A stretch of 64,000 nucleotides of DNA, taken from positions 8,813 through 72,812 of the forward strand of contig JAFLBF010000008.1 in NCBI GenBank assembly GCA_017303895.1, written 5' to 3'. Position numbers and translations under genes: made by a program. Position 1 is the first letter of the stretch. Each line of letters begins with the position of its first letter. Below, in pieces: positions 19,241 to 27,750 of this stretch. This DNA is from Bacteroidota bacterium (GTDB taxonomy: Bacteria; Bacteroidota; Bacteroidia; 2-12-FULL-35-15). The notes beneath the pieces were generated by a model. That model was not told the DNA's origin. It saw only the letters and a program-made list of their open reading frames with translations, and searched no databases.

Positions 19241-19871
19241 GTTTTTATTTGTTATTATATTTTTCCTTCTGTCTATTAGCATTTCCGCTCAAGTCCCTGC
19301 CGGATATAAACCGGTAAAAGATACGGCCGCTTTCAAGCAACAAATGCAAGCGCAATCCAAATTGGTGAATACCATTGAAAGTGATTTTACACAAGAAAAA
19401 TATTTAAGTGTTATGTCCGAAAAGATCATCACCAAAGGACATTTCCTTTTCAAAAAAGTGAACATGTTGCGTTGGGAATACACAGACCCATTGAAATATT
19501 TGATCGCTATCAATAAAGACAAGATGTTTATTAAAGACAATGGGAAAGTGAGTAAGTATGATATTAACTCAAATAAAATGTTCAAATCCATCAATGAAAT
19601 GATGGTAAATACAGTTCAAGGAAACCTACTGAATAACAAAGATTACAAAGCAAAATATTATGAAAATGAGAAATTCTATTTGCTGGAATTATCTCCGCTT
19701 CAAAAAGGAGCAAAAGACTTTTTAAAAGTGATCCAACTTTACATCGATAAAAAGGATTATGCTGTAGTGAAAGTTAAAATGATCGAGCCAAGTGACGATT
19801 ATACAATGATCGACTTTAGCAACCGTAAAACGAACCAACCAATAGGTGATGAAAAATTTATTGTTAAGTAG
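19233..19871 (+). CDS. LolA-like outer-membrane lipoprotein carrier protein
   Basis: 212 aa. Signal peptide MNKFLFVIIFFLLSISISAQ. LolA-like size and context (FTQEKYLSVMSEKIITKGHFLF...). Flexirubin/APE clusters characteristically encode LolA/LolB-like pairs. Confidence 0.6.
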   Translation: MNKFLFVIIFFLLSISISAQVPAGYKPVKDTAAFKQQMQAQSKLVNTIESDFTQEKYLSVMSEKIITKGHFLFKKVNMLRWEYTDPLKYLIAINKDKMFIKDNGKVSKYDINSNKMFKSINEMMVNTVQGNLLNNKDYKAKYYENEKFYLLELSPLQKGAKDFLKVIQLYIDKKDYAVVKVKMIEPSDDYTMIDFSNRKTNQPIGDEKFIVK

Positions 19872-20481
19872 TTTTATTGTTCTCTTTCTCTACGGATGCT
19901 CATTGGGGCATTATGAGAAACTTAAAAGTACTTTAAAGCCTGAATCCGTTGCTCTGCATTCTCTCTTTGGGGAGAATTTCAACTCATTCTTATTCAAAAC
20001 AAATATTCGCGTTTATGGCAAAGACTTTAGCGGCTTGTTGGTAACAAAACAAATGCAACCAAATGACTATCGGGTTATTTTCACAACTGAATTAGGGATG
20101 AAATTATTCGATTTCGAATTTAAAGACACTTCATTTACATTGCATTATTGTGTTCCCCAATTTAACAGACCTGCACTCTTAAAAACTATCCAAAAGGATA
20201 TAGAGATCCTTCTCATGAACGAAACAAAGAATAAAACAGCGGAGGTATTCATCAATCCAAAAGACAGCGCTTTTGTTTACAAATTCAAAGACAGCAAACT
20301 TGACAATTATTACTTTCTAGATAAATTATCAAGACAAATTTACCGGATTGAACACGCAAAAAAGAACACTAAAAAAATCACCTTTGATCTGAACAATTAT
20401 TCAGATCAATTTCCAAGCAATATCATGATCAAACATCATGATATCAAATTAAAGATCGAATTAAATCTTTTAAAGAAATAA
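19849..20481 (+). CDS. Predicted lipoprotein, possible LolB-like partner
   Basis: The track starts at the GTG at 19846. The ATG at 19849 gives MKNLLLSSFIVLFLYGCSLG, a lipoprotein-type signal with Cys. No other motif recognised. Confidence 0.4.
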   Translation: MKNLLLSSFIVLFLYGCSLGHYEKLKSTLKPESVALHSLFGENFNSFLFKTNIRVYGKDFSGLLVTKQMQPNDYRVIFTTELGMKLFDFEFKDTSFTLHYCVPQFNRPALLKTIQKDIEILLMNETKNKTAEVFINPKDSAFVYKFKDSKLDNYYFLDKLSRQIYRIEHAKKNTKKITFDLNNYSDQFPSNIMIKHHDIKLKIELNLLKK

Positions 20482-20483
20482 GC

Positions 20484-21245
20484 ATGCAATCTGCCTCTCC
20501 AACATATAGCTTACCGGTTCTACTTTATCATCGTATTGTCAACAAACAGTCGATAATAGGAAAACATAAAGTATATGTATGGGAAAAGGATTTTGAAAAA
20601 CAAATGCAATACTTGAAGGATAATGGATACCAGACCATTACTTTTTATGACCTTCAAAAAGAGCCCAAAATGGATCTTTACAAAAAGGTCATGATCACCT
20701 TTGATGATGGTTATCTGGACAACTATGAATTACTATTTCCTATTCTAAAGAAACATGGATTCAAGGCAATCATTTACCTTGTAACCCGCATCGATCATAA
20801 TGCATGGGGCGTGAAAGAAGGGGAACCGAGGATCAATATGATGTCGGCTGCACAAGTAAAAGAAATGAGTGATTATGGTGTTGAAATGGGGGGACATACA
20901 CAACATCATGTTGATCTGTTACGTCACAATGCAACAGAACAACTTTCTGAGATCAAAGGCTCCAAAGAGGATGTAGAAAAACTTACAGGCAAACCAGCTA
21001 TTAGTTTTGCATACCCTTTTGGCGGGATCAATGAAGACATTAAACAGATTACAAAAGAAGCAGGTTTTACCTATGCAGTTTCAACAAACACAGGACCTAA
21101 AGAATTTGGAAAAGATTGGTTCCAGATAAGACGCATTGAGGTAACACCTAAAACAAATATGCTCAGCTTTAAAAACAAGGTAAGCGGACGTTACTTCTAC
21201 CCTTCTTTCCTAAAATCGCTTTTTACGGGCAAACAAACTAAATAA
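20484..21245 (+). CDS. Polysaccharide deacetylase family protein (NodB-homology)
   Basis: 253 aa. MITFDDGYLDNY (NodB motif 1) and GGHTQHH (His motif). Confidence 0.7.
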   Translation: MQSASPTYSLPVLLYHRIVNKQSIIGKHKVYVWEKDFEKQMQYLKDNGYQTITFYDLQKEPKMDLYKKVMITFDDGYLDNYELLFPILKKHGFKAIIYLVTRIDHNAWGVKEGEPRINMMSAAQVKEMSDYGVEMGGHTQHHVDLLRHNATEQLSEIKGSKEDVEKLTGKPAISFAYPFGGINEDIKQITKEAGFTYAVSTNTGPKEFGKDWFQIRRIEVTPKTNMLSFKNKVSGRYFYPSFLKSLFTGKQTK

Positions 21246-21280
21246 TCTTTTATCTTCGCATAACGAAAAAAGCAGAATAG

Positions 21281-22162
21281 ATGAAAGTATCCGGTTTTTC
21301 CTTCATTAAGAACGCCATAAAATTTGATTACCCAATTATTGAGGCCATTACCTCTATTCTTCCAGTTTGCGATGAATTTGTTGTAGCAGTTGGCAAATCG
21401 GATGATGATACCCTCAACTATATCAAATCGATCAATTCTCCAAAAATAAAGATCATTGAAACGGTTTGGGACGAAACATTACGCGAAGGCGGAAGAGTGT
21501 TGGCAGATGAAACCAATAAAGCATTTAGAGCCATTTCACCAGATAGCGACTGGGCATTTTATATTCAAGGAGATGAAGTCATTCATGAAAAATACCTGAA
21601 TAACATTAAGAATGCTATGATCAAGTACAAGAATGATAAAGAAGTAGATGGCTTGGTATTCGACCACCTGAATTTTTATGGTTCATACGATTATATAGCA
21701 GATTCCAGACATTGGCAAAAAAAGGAGATCAGGATCGTTCGAAATAAAAAGAACATCTACTCTTACAAAGACGCCATGAGTTTCAGGAAAGATAATGATG
21801 ACAAGCTGAATGTAGCTTATGTTGATGCGTGCATTTATCATTACGGATGGGTTAAACCCCCCGCTGCTATGCAACAAAAACAATTAGAGTTTCAAAAACT
21901 ATGGCACGATGACAATTGGATCAAAGAGAATGTACCACAAGTAGATGAGTTTGATTTTTCAAATGTTGACTCAGTAGCTTTATTCAAAGAAACGCATCCC
22001 AAAGTGATGGAACAACGGCTAAAGCGATTGACATGGAAATTTAGTTTCGATCCAACTAAAGCTAAAAAAGAATCACTCAGAAGACGATTCTTAAATCTGA
22101 TCTATAAAAAAACAGGAGTTCATATTGGGGAGTTCAAAAATTATAATCTAATTAGAAAGTAA
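21281..22162 (+). CDS. GT-A-fold glycosyltransferase-like protein (family 2-like), cluster-associated
   Basis: 293 aa, FSFIKNAIKFDYPIIEAITSILPVCDEFVVAVGKSDDDT. This pattern is commonly annotated as glycosyltransferase family 2 in flexirubin-type clusters. I cannot confirm a DxD motif. Confidence 0.45.
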   Translation: MKVSGFSFIKNAIKFDYPIIEAITSILPVCDEFVVAVGKSDDDTLNYIKSINSPKIKIIETVWDETLREGGRVLADETNKAFRAISPDSDWAFYIQGDEVIHEKYLNNIKNAMIKYKNDKEVDGLVFDHLNFYGSYDYIADSRHWQKKEIRIVRNKKNIYSYKDAMSFRKDNDDKLNVAYVDACIYHYGWVKPPAAMQQKQLEFQKLWHDDNWIKENVPQVDEFDFSNVDSVALFKETHPKVMEQRLKRLTWKFSFDPTKAKKESLRRRFLNLIYKKTGVHIGEFKNYNLIRK

Positions 22163-22166
22163 AAAC

Positions 22167-22532
22167 ATGCTTATCAACGACTTTTTCAAAATAAAGGACA
22201 TTCAACAAGGCGAAAAATACAATATTCAAATTGAATTGAATCCAAAGCACAAAGTATATCAAGGTCATTTTCCCGGAAATCCTGTAGCGCCTGGTGTGTG
22301 TTTAACCCAAATGGTAAAGGAAACTGTGGAGCATATCACAGGTAAGAAATTGACAATGGTTACCGGTGACAATCTTAAATTCACAGCCGTTCTGAACCCG
22401 GAGATCAATCCGGAAGTAATAATGACCCTTGCCATCAAAACAAAAGAAAATGGTCATCTTCAAGCTGATAGTAATGTGTCTGCAGGTGACAGTAGCTTCT
22501 TCTCAATTAAAGCCAGTTTTAGAGAGAGCTAG
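22167..22532 (+). CDS. FabA/FabZ-like 3-hydroxyacyl-ACP dehydratase (hotdog)
   Basis: 121 aa. YQGHFPGNPVAPGVCLTQM is the FabZ-type catalytic-His region (HFPxxPVxPG). Confidence 0.65.
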   Translation: MLINDFFKIKDIQQGEKYNIQIELNPKHKVYQGHFPGNPVAPGVCLTQMVKETVEHITGKKLTMVTGDNLKFTAVLNPEINPEVIMTLAIKTKENGHLQADSNVSAGDSSFFSIKASFRES

Positions 22533-22620
22533 CACTTCAGCTGAATTGCTGGTTTCCCTTCAATTTTAAGCTCATTTTATACTAAAAAATCAGGCGAAAA
22601 ATGTTATTTTTGTCTGCCTT

Positions 22621-22650
22621 AAAAGTTGCCAATGGCAACCTTTTTTGTTT
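22621..22650 (+). terminator. Putative intrinsic terminator inside the biosynthetic cluster
   Basis: AAAAGTTGCC-AAT-GGCAACC followed by TTTTTTGTTT. This is a GC-containing stem (GTTGCC/GGCAAC, extendable with a one-base bulge) plus T-tract. It lies between the dehydratase stop (22532) and the next ATG (22668). Confidence 0.5.
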
Positions 22651-22667
22651 AGGAATGTTAAGTTAAT

Positions 22668-23891
22668 ATGAGCAACGTGGACAAGGAATTGTATAGAAAT
22701 AAAATGAGCACACTAAAATGCTGTGTGATCATTCCTACCTACAATAACGAAAAAACGATCGTTGCAGTGATCAATAGCGTATTGGAGTTTACATCTGATG
22801 TAATTGTGGTGAACGATGGGGCTACGGATTCAACGGCAGAGCTTTTAAAACAATTTGCAAAAAGCATTACCATTTTATCCTATCTTCCTAACAAAGGAAA
22901 GGGGGTCGCATTACGCACAGGCATAAAATATGCTCAAGAAAAAGGCTTTCGTTATGCCATAACGATTGATAGTGATGGCCAACATTTTGCCGATGACATT
23001 CCCGTTTTCATTGATAAAATAGAATTAGAGCCCGACTCACTCCTTGTTGGAGCACGCAACTTAAATCAGGAGAATATGCCAAAGAAAAACACCTTTGGTA
23101 ATAAATTCTCTAATTTTTGGTTCAAGCTTTTTACGCATATTGATCTGCCTGATACACAATCAGGTTACCGCCTATATCCAATCGAGAAAATGAAGGGTAG
23201 CAGATATTTCACAACCAAATATGAATTTGAAGTAGAAGTAATGGTAAAGGCTGCATGGAAGGGAATTCATGTAACATCTGTACCGATAAGAGTTTTCTAT
23301 GCCGAAGGGAAAGAGCGAGTTACACATTTCAGACCAGGAAAGGATTTTACACGTATCAGTTTATTGAACACGTATTTGTTTTTTCTGGCTTTTTTATGGT
23401 ACAAACCAAAGTTTATCATTCAAAATTTTACCTGGTCCAATATCAAAAAATTTCTTTCAAAACATTTTTTAGATGCCAATGAATCGGTATTAAAAAAATC
23501 AATGGGTGTTGCTTTTGGAGTGTTTATGGGCATCATTCCGATTTGGGGTTATCAATTTGTCAGTGCTCTGATATTAGCTCATTTTCTAAAACTAAACAAA
23601 GCTATTGTTGGATTAGCTGCTCAAATAAGTGTTCCTCCAATGATCCCTGTTCTTATCTACGGAAGTTTAAAAACCGGACAGTTCACTTTAGGAAAAGATA
23701 TACATGAAAGTATTTTCAATTCTGAAATAAATTCTGTTCAGGAGATCTGGGAGGCCATGAAACTTCATTTGGTTGAGTATCTCGTAGGGAGTGTTGTATT
23801 TGCTATTGTTATGGCCATCATATTCGGGCTGATCACATTTATCACATTAAAAATAGTAGGGAAAAAAGTTCTTATCAAAATCGATCAATAA
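22668..23891 (+). CDS. Family 2 glycosyltransferase fused to a C-terminal DUF2062-like membrane domain
   Basis: 407 aa. GT2 signature CCVIIPTYNNEKTI...VVNDGATDST...ITIDSDGQH (DxD-like). C-terminal hydrophobic segments (MGVAFGVFMGIIPIWGYQFVSALILAHFL...). Confidence 0.7.
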   Translation: MSNVDKELYRNKMSTLKCCVIIPTYNNEKTIVAVINSVLEFTSDVIVVNDGATDSTAELLKQFAKSITILSYLPNKGKGVALRTGIKYAQEKGFRYAITIDSDGQHFADDIPVFIDKIELEPDSLLVGARNLNQENMPKKNTFGNKFSNFWFKLFTHIDLPDTQSGYRLYPIEKMKGSRYFTTKYEFEVEVMVKAAWKGIHVTSVPIRVFYAEGKERVTHFRPGKDFTRISLLNTYLFFLAFLWYKPKFIIQNFTWSNIKKFLSKHFLDANESVLKKSMGVAFGVFMGIIPIWGYQFVSALILAHFLKLNKAIVGLAAQISVPPMIPVLIYGSLKTGQFTLGKDIHESIFNSEINSVQEIWEAMKLHLVEYLVGSVVFAIVMAIIFGLITFITLKIVGKKVLIKIDQ

Positions 23892-23896
23892 ATTAA

Positions 23897-26800
23897 GTGC
23901 ATTTATTTTTTACATCCATATACCGATTTTTAGCAAAAAGAAGGATCCTCTTTTTTGTCCTTTTCCTTGCCTCTATCGCATTCTCCGTTTTCTTTGCCAG
24001 CAAATTGTCGCTGGAAGAGGATATTACCAAGATGATGCCGACCGATGCAAAGGTAGAGAGACTGAATAAGGTATTCAAAAACTCTAAATTCCTCGACCGC
24101 TTAGTTGTTACTATTTCCCCATCAGATACCACAAAAACGTCTGAACCGGATCAATTGATTGCATTTGCAGACAGTTTGGTTGCTAAAATCAGTCTGATCG
24201 ATACCTCACTCGTAAAAAATATCACCTATAAGGTGAATGATGAGGTGATGTATGACGTGTACAATACATTTATAGAAAACTTACCTGTTTTTTTAGAGGA
24301 AAAAGACTACTCTATTTTATCGGATTTGATAAAACCCGAACGTATCGACTCCACCATGGAGAAGAATTACAAAACCCTTCTTTCTCCTGCCAGTATGGTG
24401 CTAAAGAAGAATATTCTTCGCGACCCGATCGGGATAACACCTTATGCTTTGAAGAGAATGCAAAGTCTTCAATTTGATGATAATTTTGAATTAGATAATG
24501 GATACATCTTTACAAAAGATAAAAAACACCTCTTGTTCTTTATCACTCCAAAGCCTGTTTCATCGGAAACCGCAAAAAACACCGAACTGCTTACTCAATT
24601 AGACACTGCTATTCATCAATGCAGTCGATTAAACCCGAAAATACATGCAGAATATTTTGGTGGTTTAGCTGTTGCTGTTGGCAATGCAAAGCAGATCAAA
24701 CAAGATGTGATCCTCACACTTTCTATCACTGTAATCGGATTATTTTTATTCATCAGTTTGTTCTTTAAACGCCTAGAAGTATTCTTTATCATTTTTATCC
24801 CGGTAGTATTTGGAGGCTTATTCTCTCTCTCTATGCTCTATCTTCTTAAAGGCGAAATATCTGCTATTGCATTAGGAGCGGGCTCTATTATCCTGGGGAT
24901 AGCCATGGATTACACCATCCATTTTTATACGCATTTCAAACATTTAAATTCAGCAGAAGGCACCATTAAAGATCTTTCATTCCCTTTAACTCTTGGAAGC
25001 ACCACAACCATAGGAGCTTTATTAAGCTTGGTATTTGTAAAATCGGAAGCACTCCAGGACTTTGGGATGTTTGCAGCCTTTGCATTAATGGGTGCTGCAC
25101 TTTTTACACTCATCTTATTCCCACATTTATTAAGAAAAAGGAAACAGGCAGCCAGTACCCCGGTTGAACACAAAACAAATATCATTGAAAAGATCGCTGC
25201 TTATCCATTTGAAAAAAATAAATACCTGATCATTTCGATCATATTATTGTGTGGAATATCATTATTCACCTCTCAAAAAGTAGGTTTTGAAGGCGATATG
25301 ATGAATTTTAATTACATGAGCAAAGAATTAGCCCAGGCAGAAAGTAATTTGAATGCGATCAGCAATGTTTCATTAAAAAGTGTTTATCTGGTTTCAAGTG
25401 GAAAAAACTTGGACGAAGCCTTGGCTAATAATGAAAAGAATCTTCCTAAACTGGAAGAACTTCAACAAAAAAATATTATTAGAAAATATTCAACGATCAA
25501 TACATTATTACTATCAAAGGCGGAGCAACAAAAAAGAATAGAGCGCTGGAATAGCTTTTGGGCAGAAGAGAAAAAGGCTGAATTAAAGCAGTCATTGATT
25601 GAAAAAAGCAGTAAGTATAAATTTAAAGAAAATGCATTTGATCAGTTCTACGCTCTTTTAGAAAAAGACTTTACACCAATTGATGCCAATGTATTCAGTG
25701 GTCTTCGCTCCACATTATTAGACAATTATATTTCTGAGAATATAGATGAAACCACTGTCGTAACCGTTATCAAAACAACTGCTGAAAACGAGGACAGAGT
25801 CTTTAACTCATTTACAGAGAATGAACATTTAGTAGTATTTGATAAAAAATTTCTGACCAACCGTTTTGTTGAGATCATCAAAAATAATTTCAACCTGATC
25901 CTTACTATCTCCTCTATGCTGGTATTGATCATGCTGATCATTTCCTATGGCAGATTTGAACTGGCACTGATCACCTACATTCCTATGGTATTAAGCTGGC
26001 TCTGTATTTTAGGATTAATGGGACTTTTCGGCATTAAGTTTAACATCATCAACATCATCATTTCCACATTCATTTTTGGATTAGGTGATGATTACAGCAT
26101 CTTCATTACGGATGCGATGTTGAACGAATATAAAACCGGACAAAAGAATCTGGCATCTTACAAAACAGGAATTTTCATTTCAGCGATCACCACCATGATA
26201 GGAATTGGTGTTCTCATTTTTGCATCACATCCGGCATTAAAGTCTATTGGCTTGATCACCATAATAGGAATGTTCTCGGTATTGCTCATTTCAAATACCA
26301 TCCAACCTGCATTGTTCCGTTTCTTTATTACAAACAGAACAGATAAAAAAAGAGTTCCTCTAACATTATTGAGCATACTGCAATCAATATTGGCTTTCGG
26401 GTGGTTTACCTTCGGCTGTTTTACATTAATACCAATGGGGTTTGTGATCGTAAAACTGTTACCTATCCCTAAAAAAATTCGTCTAAGAATATTTCATCAG
26501 ATCCGGCACTATTATACTAAGTCGATGATCCATATTCACGCACATGTGAGGAGAAAGTTCATCAACGAACAAAACGAACGATTCGACAAGCCAGCTGTTG
26601 TTGTAGCCAATCATCACTCTGTAATTGATTCTTTGTTAATGCAATCGTTGAATCCTAAACTCATTTTAATGGTAAACGATTGGGTATGGGACTCTCCTTT
26701 TATGGGACCAATTGTCCGTTTAGGAGGTTTTATTCCGAAGTCGGCCGGATATGAGGAGAACTTAGATAAGATCCGTGAACTCATCAATGACGGTTATTCT

Positions 26801-27745
26801 CTTGCCATTTTCCCGGAAGGATCCCGATCTGAAACACCGAAAATTGGCCGATTCCACAAAGGAGCATTTTACATTGCCGAAAAATTAAATGTTGATATTG
26901 TACCTATCATTTTCCATGGAACAGCTTTTATTCAAGGAAAAGATGACAGTGCTCTTTTAAAGAATGGTAGTGTAACTGTAAAATATCTTCCGAGAATTCC
27001 TGCTTCAGACACAAACTTTGGAAAAGATTACAATGAAAAAACAAAGAACATCAGCAAATATTTCAAGCAGGAGTATGCCTTGATGCGTCAGGAAATAGAA
27101 ACGGTAGATTATTACTTTAACCGCCTATCCAAAAATTATATTTACAAAGGACCGGTTTTAGAATGGTACATGCGCATAAAAGTAGGATTGGAAGATAATT
27201 ACAGGCTGTTTGAATCACTTTTACCTAAAAAGGGAACCATTACAGATATTGGTTGTGGATATGGATTTTTACCATATATGCTCAGCTTTATGAGTGAGGA
27301 CAGGATAGTTATTGGCACCGATTACGATGAAGAAAAAATAGCAGTGGCAGATCACTGCTTTTCCAAGACCGATAAATTATCCTTCTTTGCGGCAGATGCA
27401 ACAAAATGTGAATTACCGAAGAGTGATGCATTTATCATGAGTGATATATTACACTATCTTCCAAAGCAGGAACAAGAGAAGCTGATCGTGAAGTGCATGA
27501 ACAGCTTAAATGATGGAGGAATGATACTTTTAAGGGATGCGGATGCCAGTTTGACAAACAGACATTGGGGAACGCGTTATACAGAATTTATTTCTACTAA
27601 CTTTGGATTCAATAAAACACAAAATAAACTTGAATTTGTATCATCAAGCTTCATTGAAGATGTTGTAAAAAAGAATAATTACAAGATCCAAAAGATTGAC
27701 AATACAAAACTTACTTCTAACATTACATACGTTATAAAAAAATAG
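23897..27745 (+). CDS. Trifunctional fusion: MMPL/RND-like exporter, 1-acyl-sn-glycerol-3-phosphate (PlsC-type) acyltransferase and class I SAM-dependent methyltransferase
   Basis: 1282 aa. Track start is a GTG, so the true start is uncertain. About aa 1-860: two sets of TM helices with large loops (MMPL-like). About aa 906: acyltransferase HX4D motif VVVANHHSVIDSLL, nt about 26609-26630, with FPEGSRS downstream. About aa 1117: methyltransferase motif I ITDIGCGYGFLPY, nt about 27245-27270. Confidence 0.75.
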   Translation: MHLFFTSIYRFLAKRRILFFVLFLASIAFSVFFASKLSLEEDITKMMPTDAKVERLNKVFKNSKFLDRLVVTISPSDTTKTSEPDQLIAFADSLVAKISLIDTSLVKNITYKVNDEVMYDVYNTFIENLPVFLEEKDYSILSDLIKPERIDSTMEKNYKTLLSPASMVLKKNILRDPIGITPYALKRMQSLQFDDNFELDNGYIFTKDKKHLLFFITPKPVSSETAKNTELLTQLDTAIHQCSRLNPKIHAEYFGGLAVAVGNAKQIKQDVILTLSITVIGLFLFISLFFKRLEVFFIIFIPVVFGGLFSLSMLYLLKGEISAIALGAGSIILGIAMDYTIHFYTHFKHLNSAEGTIKDLSFPLTLGSTTTIGALLSLVFVKSEALQDFGMFAAFALMGAALFTLILFPHLLRKRKQAASTPVEHKTNIIEKIAAYPFEKNKYLIISIILLCGISLFTSQKVGFEGDMMNFNYMSKELAQAESNLNAISNVSLKSVYLVSSGKNLDEALANNEKNLPKLEELQQKNIIRKYSTINTLLLSKAEQQKRIERWNSFWAEEKKAELKQSLIEKSSKYKFKENAFDQFYALLEKDFTPIDANVFSGLRSTLLDNYISENIDETTVVTVIKTTAENEDRVFNSFTENEHLVVFDKKFLTNRFVEIIKNNFNLILTISSMLVLIMLIISYGRFELALITYIPMVLSWLCILGLMGLFGIKFNIINIIISTFIFGLGDDYSIFITDAMLNEYKTGQKNLASYKTGIFISAITTMIGIGVLIFASHPALKSIGLITIIGMFSVLLISNTIQPALFRFFITNRTDKKRVPLTLLSILQSILAFGWFTFGCFTLIPMGFVIVKLLPIPKKIRLRIFHQIRHYYTKSMIHIHAHVRRKFINEQNERFDKPAVVVANHHSVIDSLLMQSLNPKLILMVNDWVWDSPFMGPIVRLGGFIPKSAGYEENLDKIRELINDGYSLAIFPEGSRSETPKIGRFHKGAFYIAEKLNVDIVPIIFHGTAFIQGKDDSALLKNGSVTVKYLPRIPASDTNFGKDYNEKTKNISKYFKQEYALMRQEIETVDYYFNRLSKNYIYKGPVLEWYMRIKVGLEDNYRLFESLLPKKGTITDIGCGYGFLPYMLSFMSEDRIVIGTDYDEEKIAVADHCFSKTDKLSFFAADATKCELPKSDAFIMSDILHYLPKQEQEKLIVKCMNSLNDGGMILLRDADASLTNRHWGTRYTEFISTNFGFNKTQNKLEFVSSSFIEDVVKKNNYKIQKIDNTKLTSNITYVIKK

Positions 27746-27750
27746 TTGCT

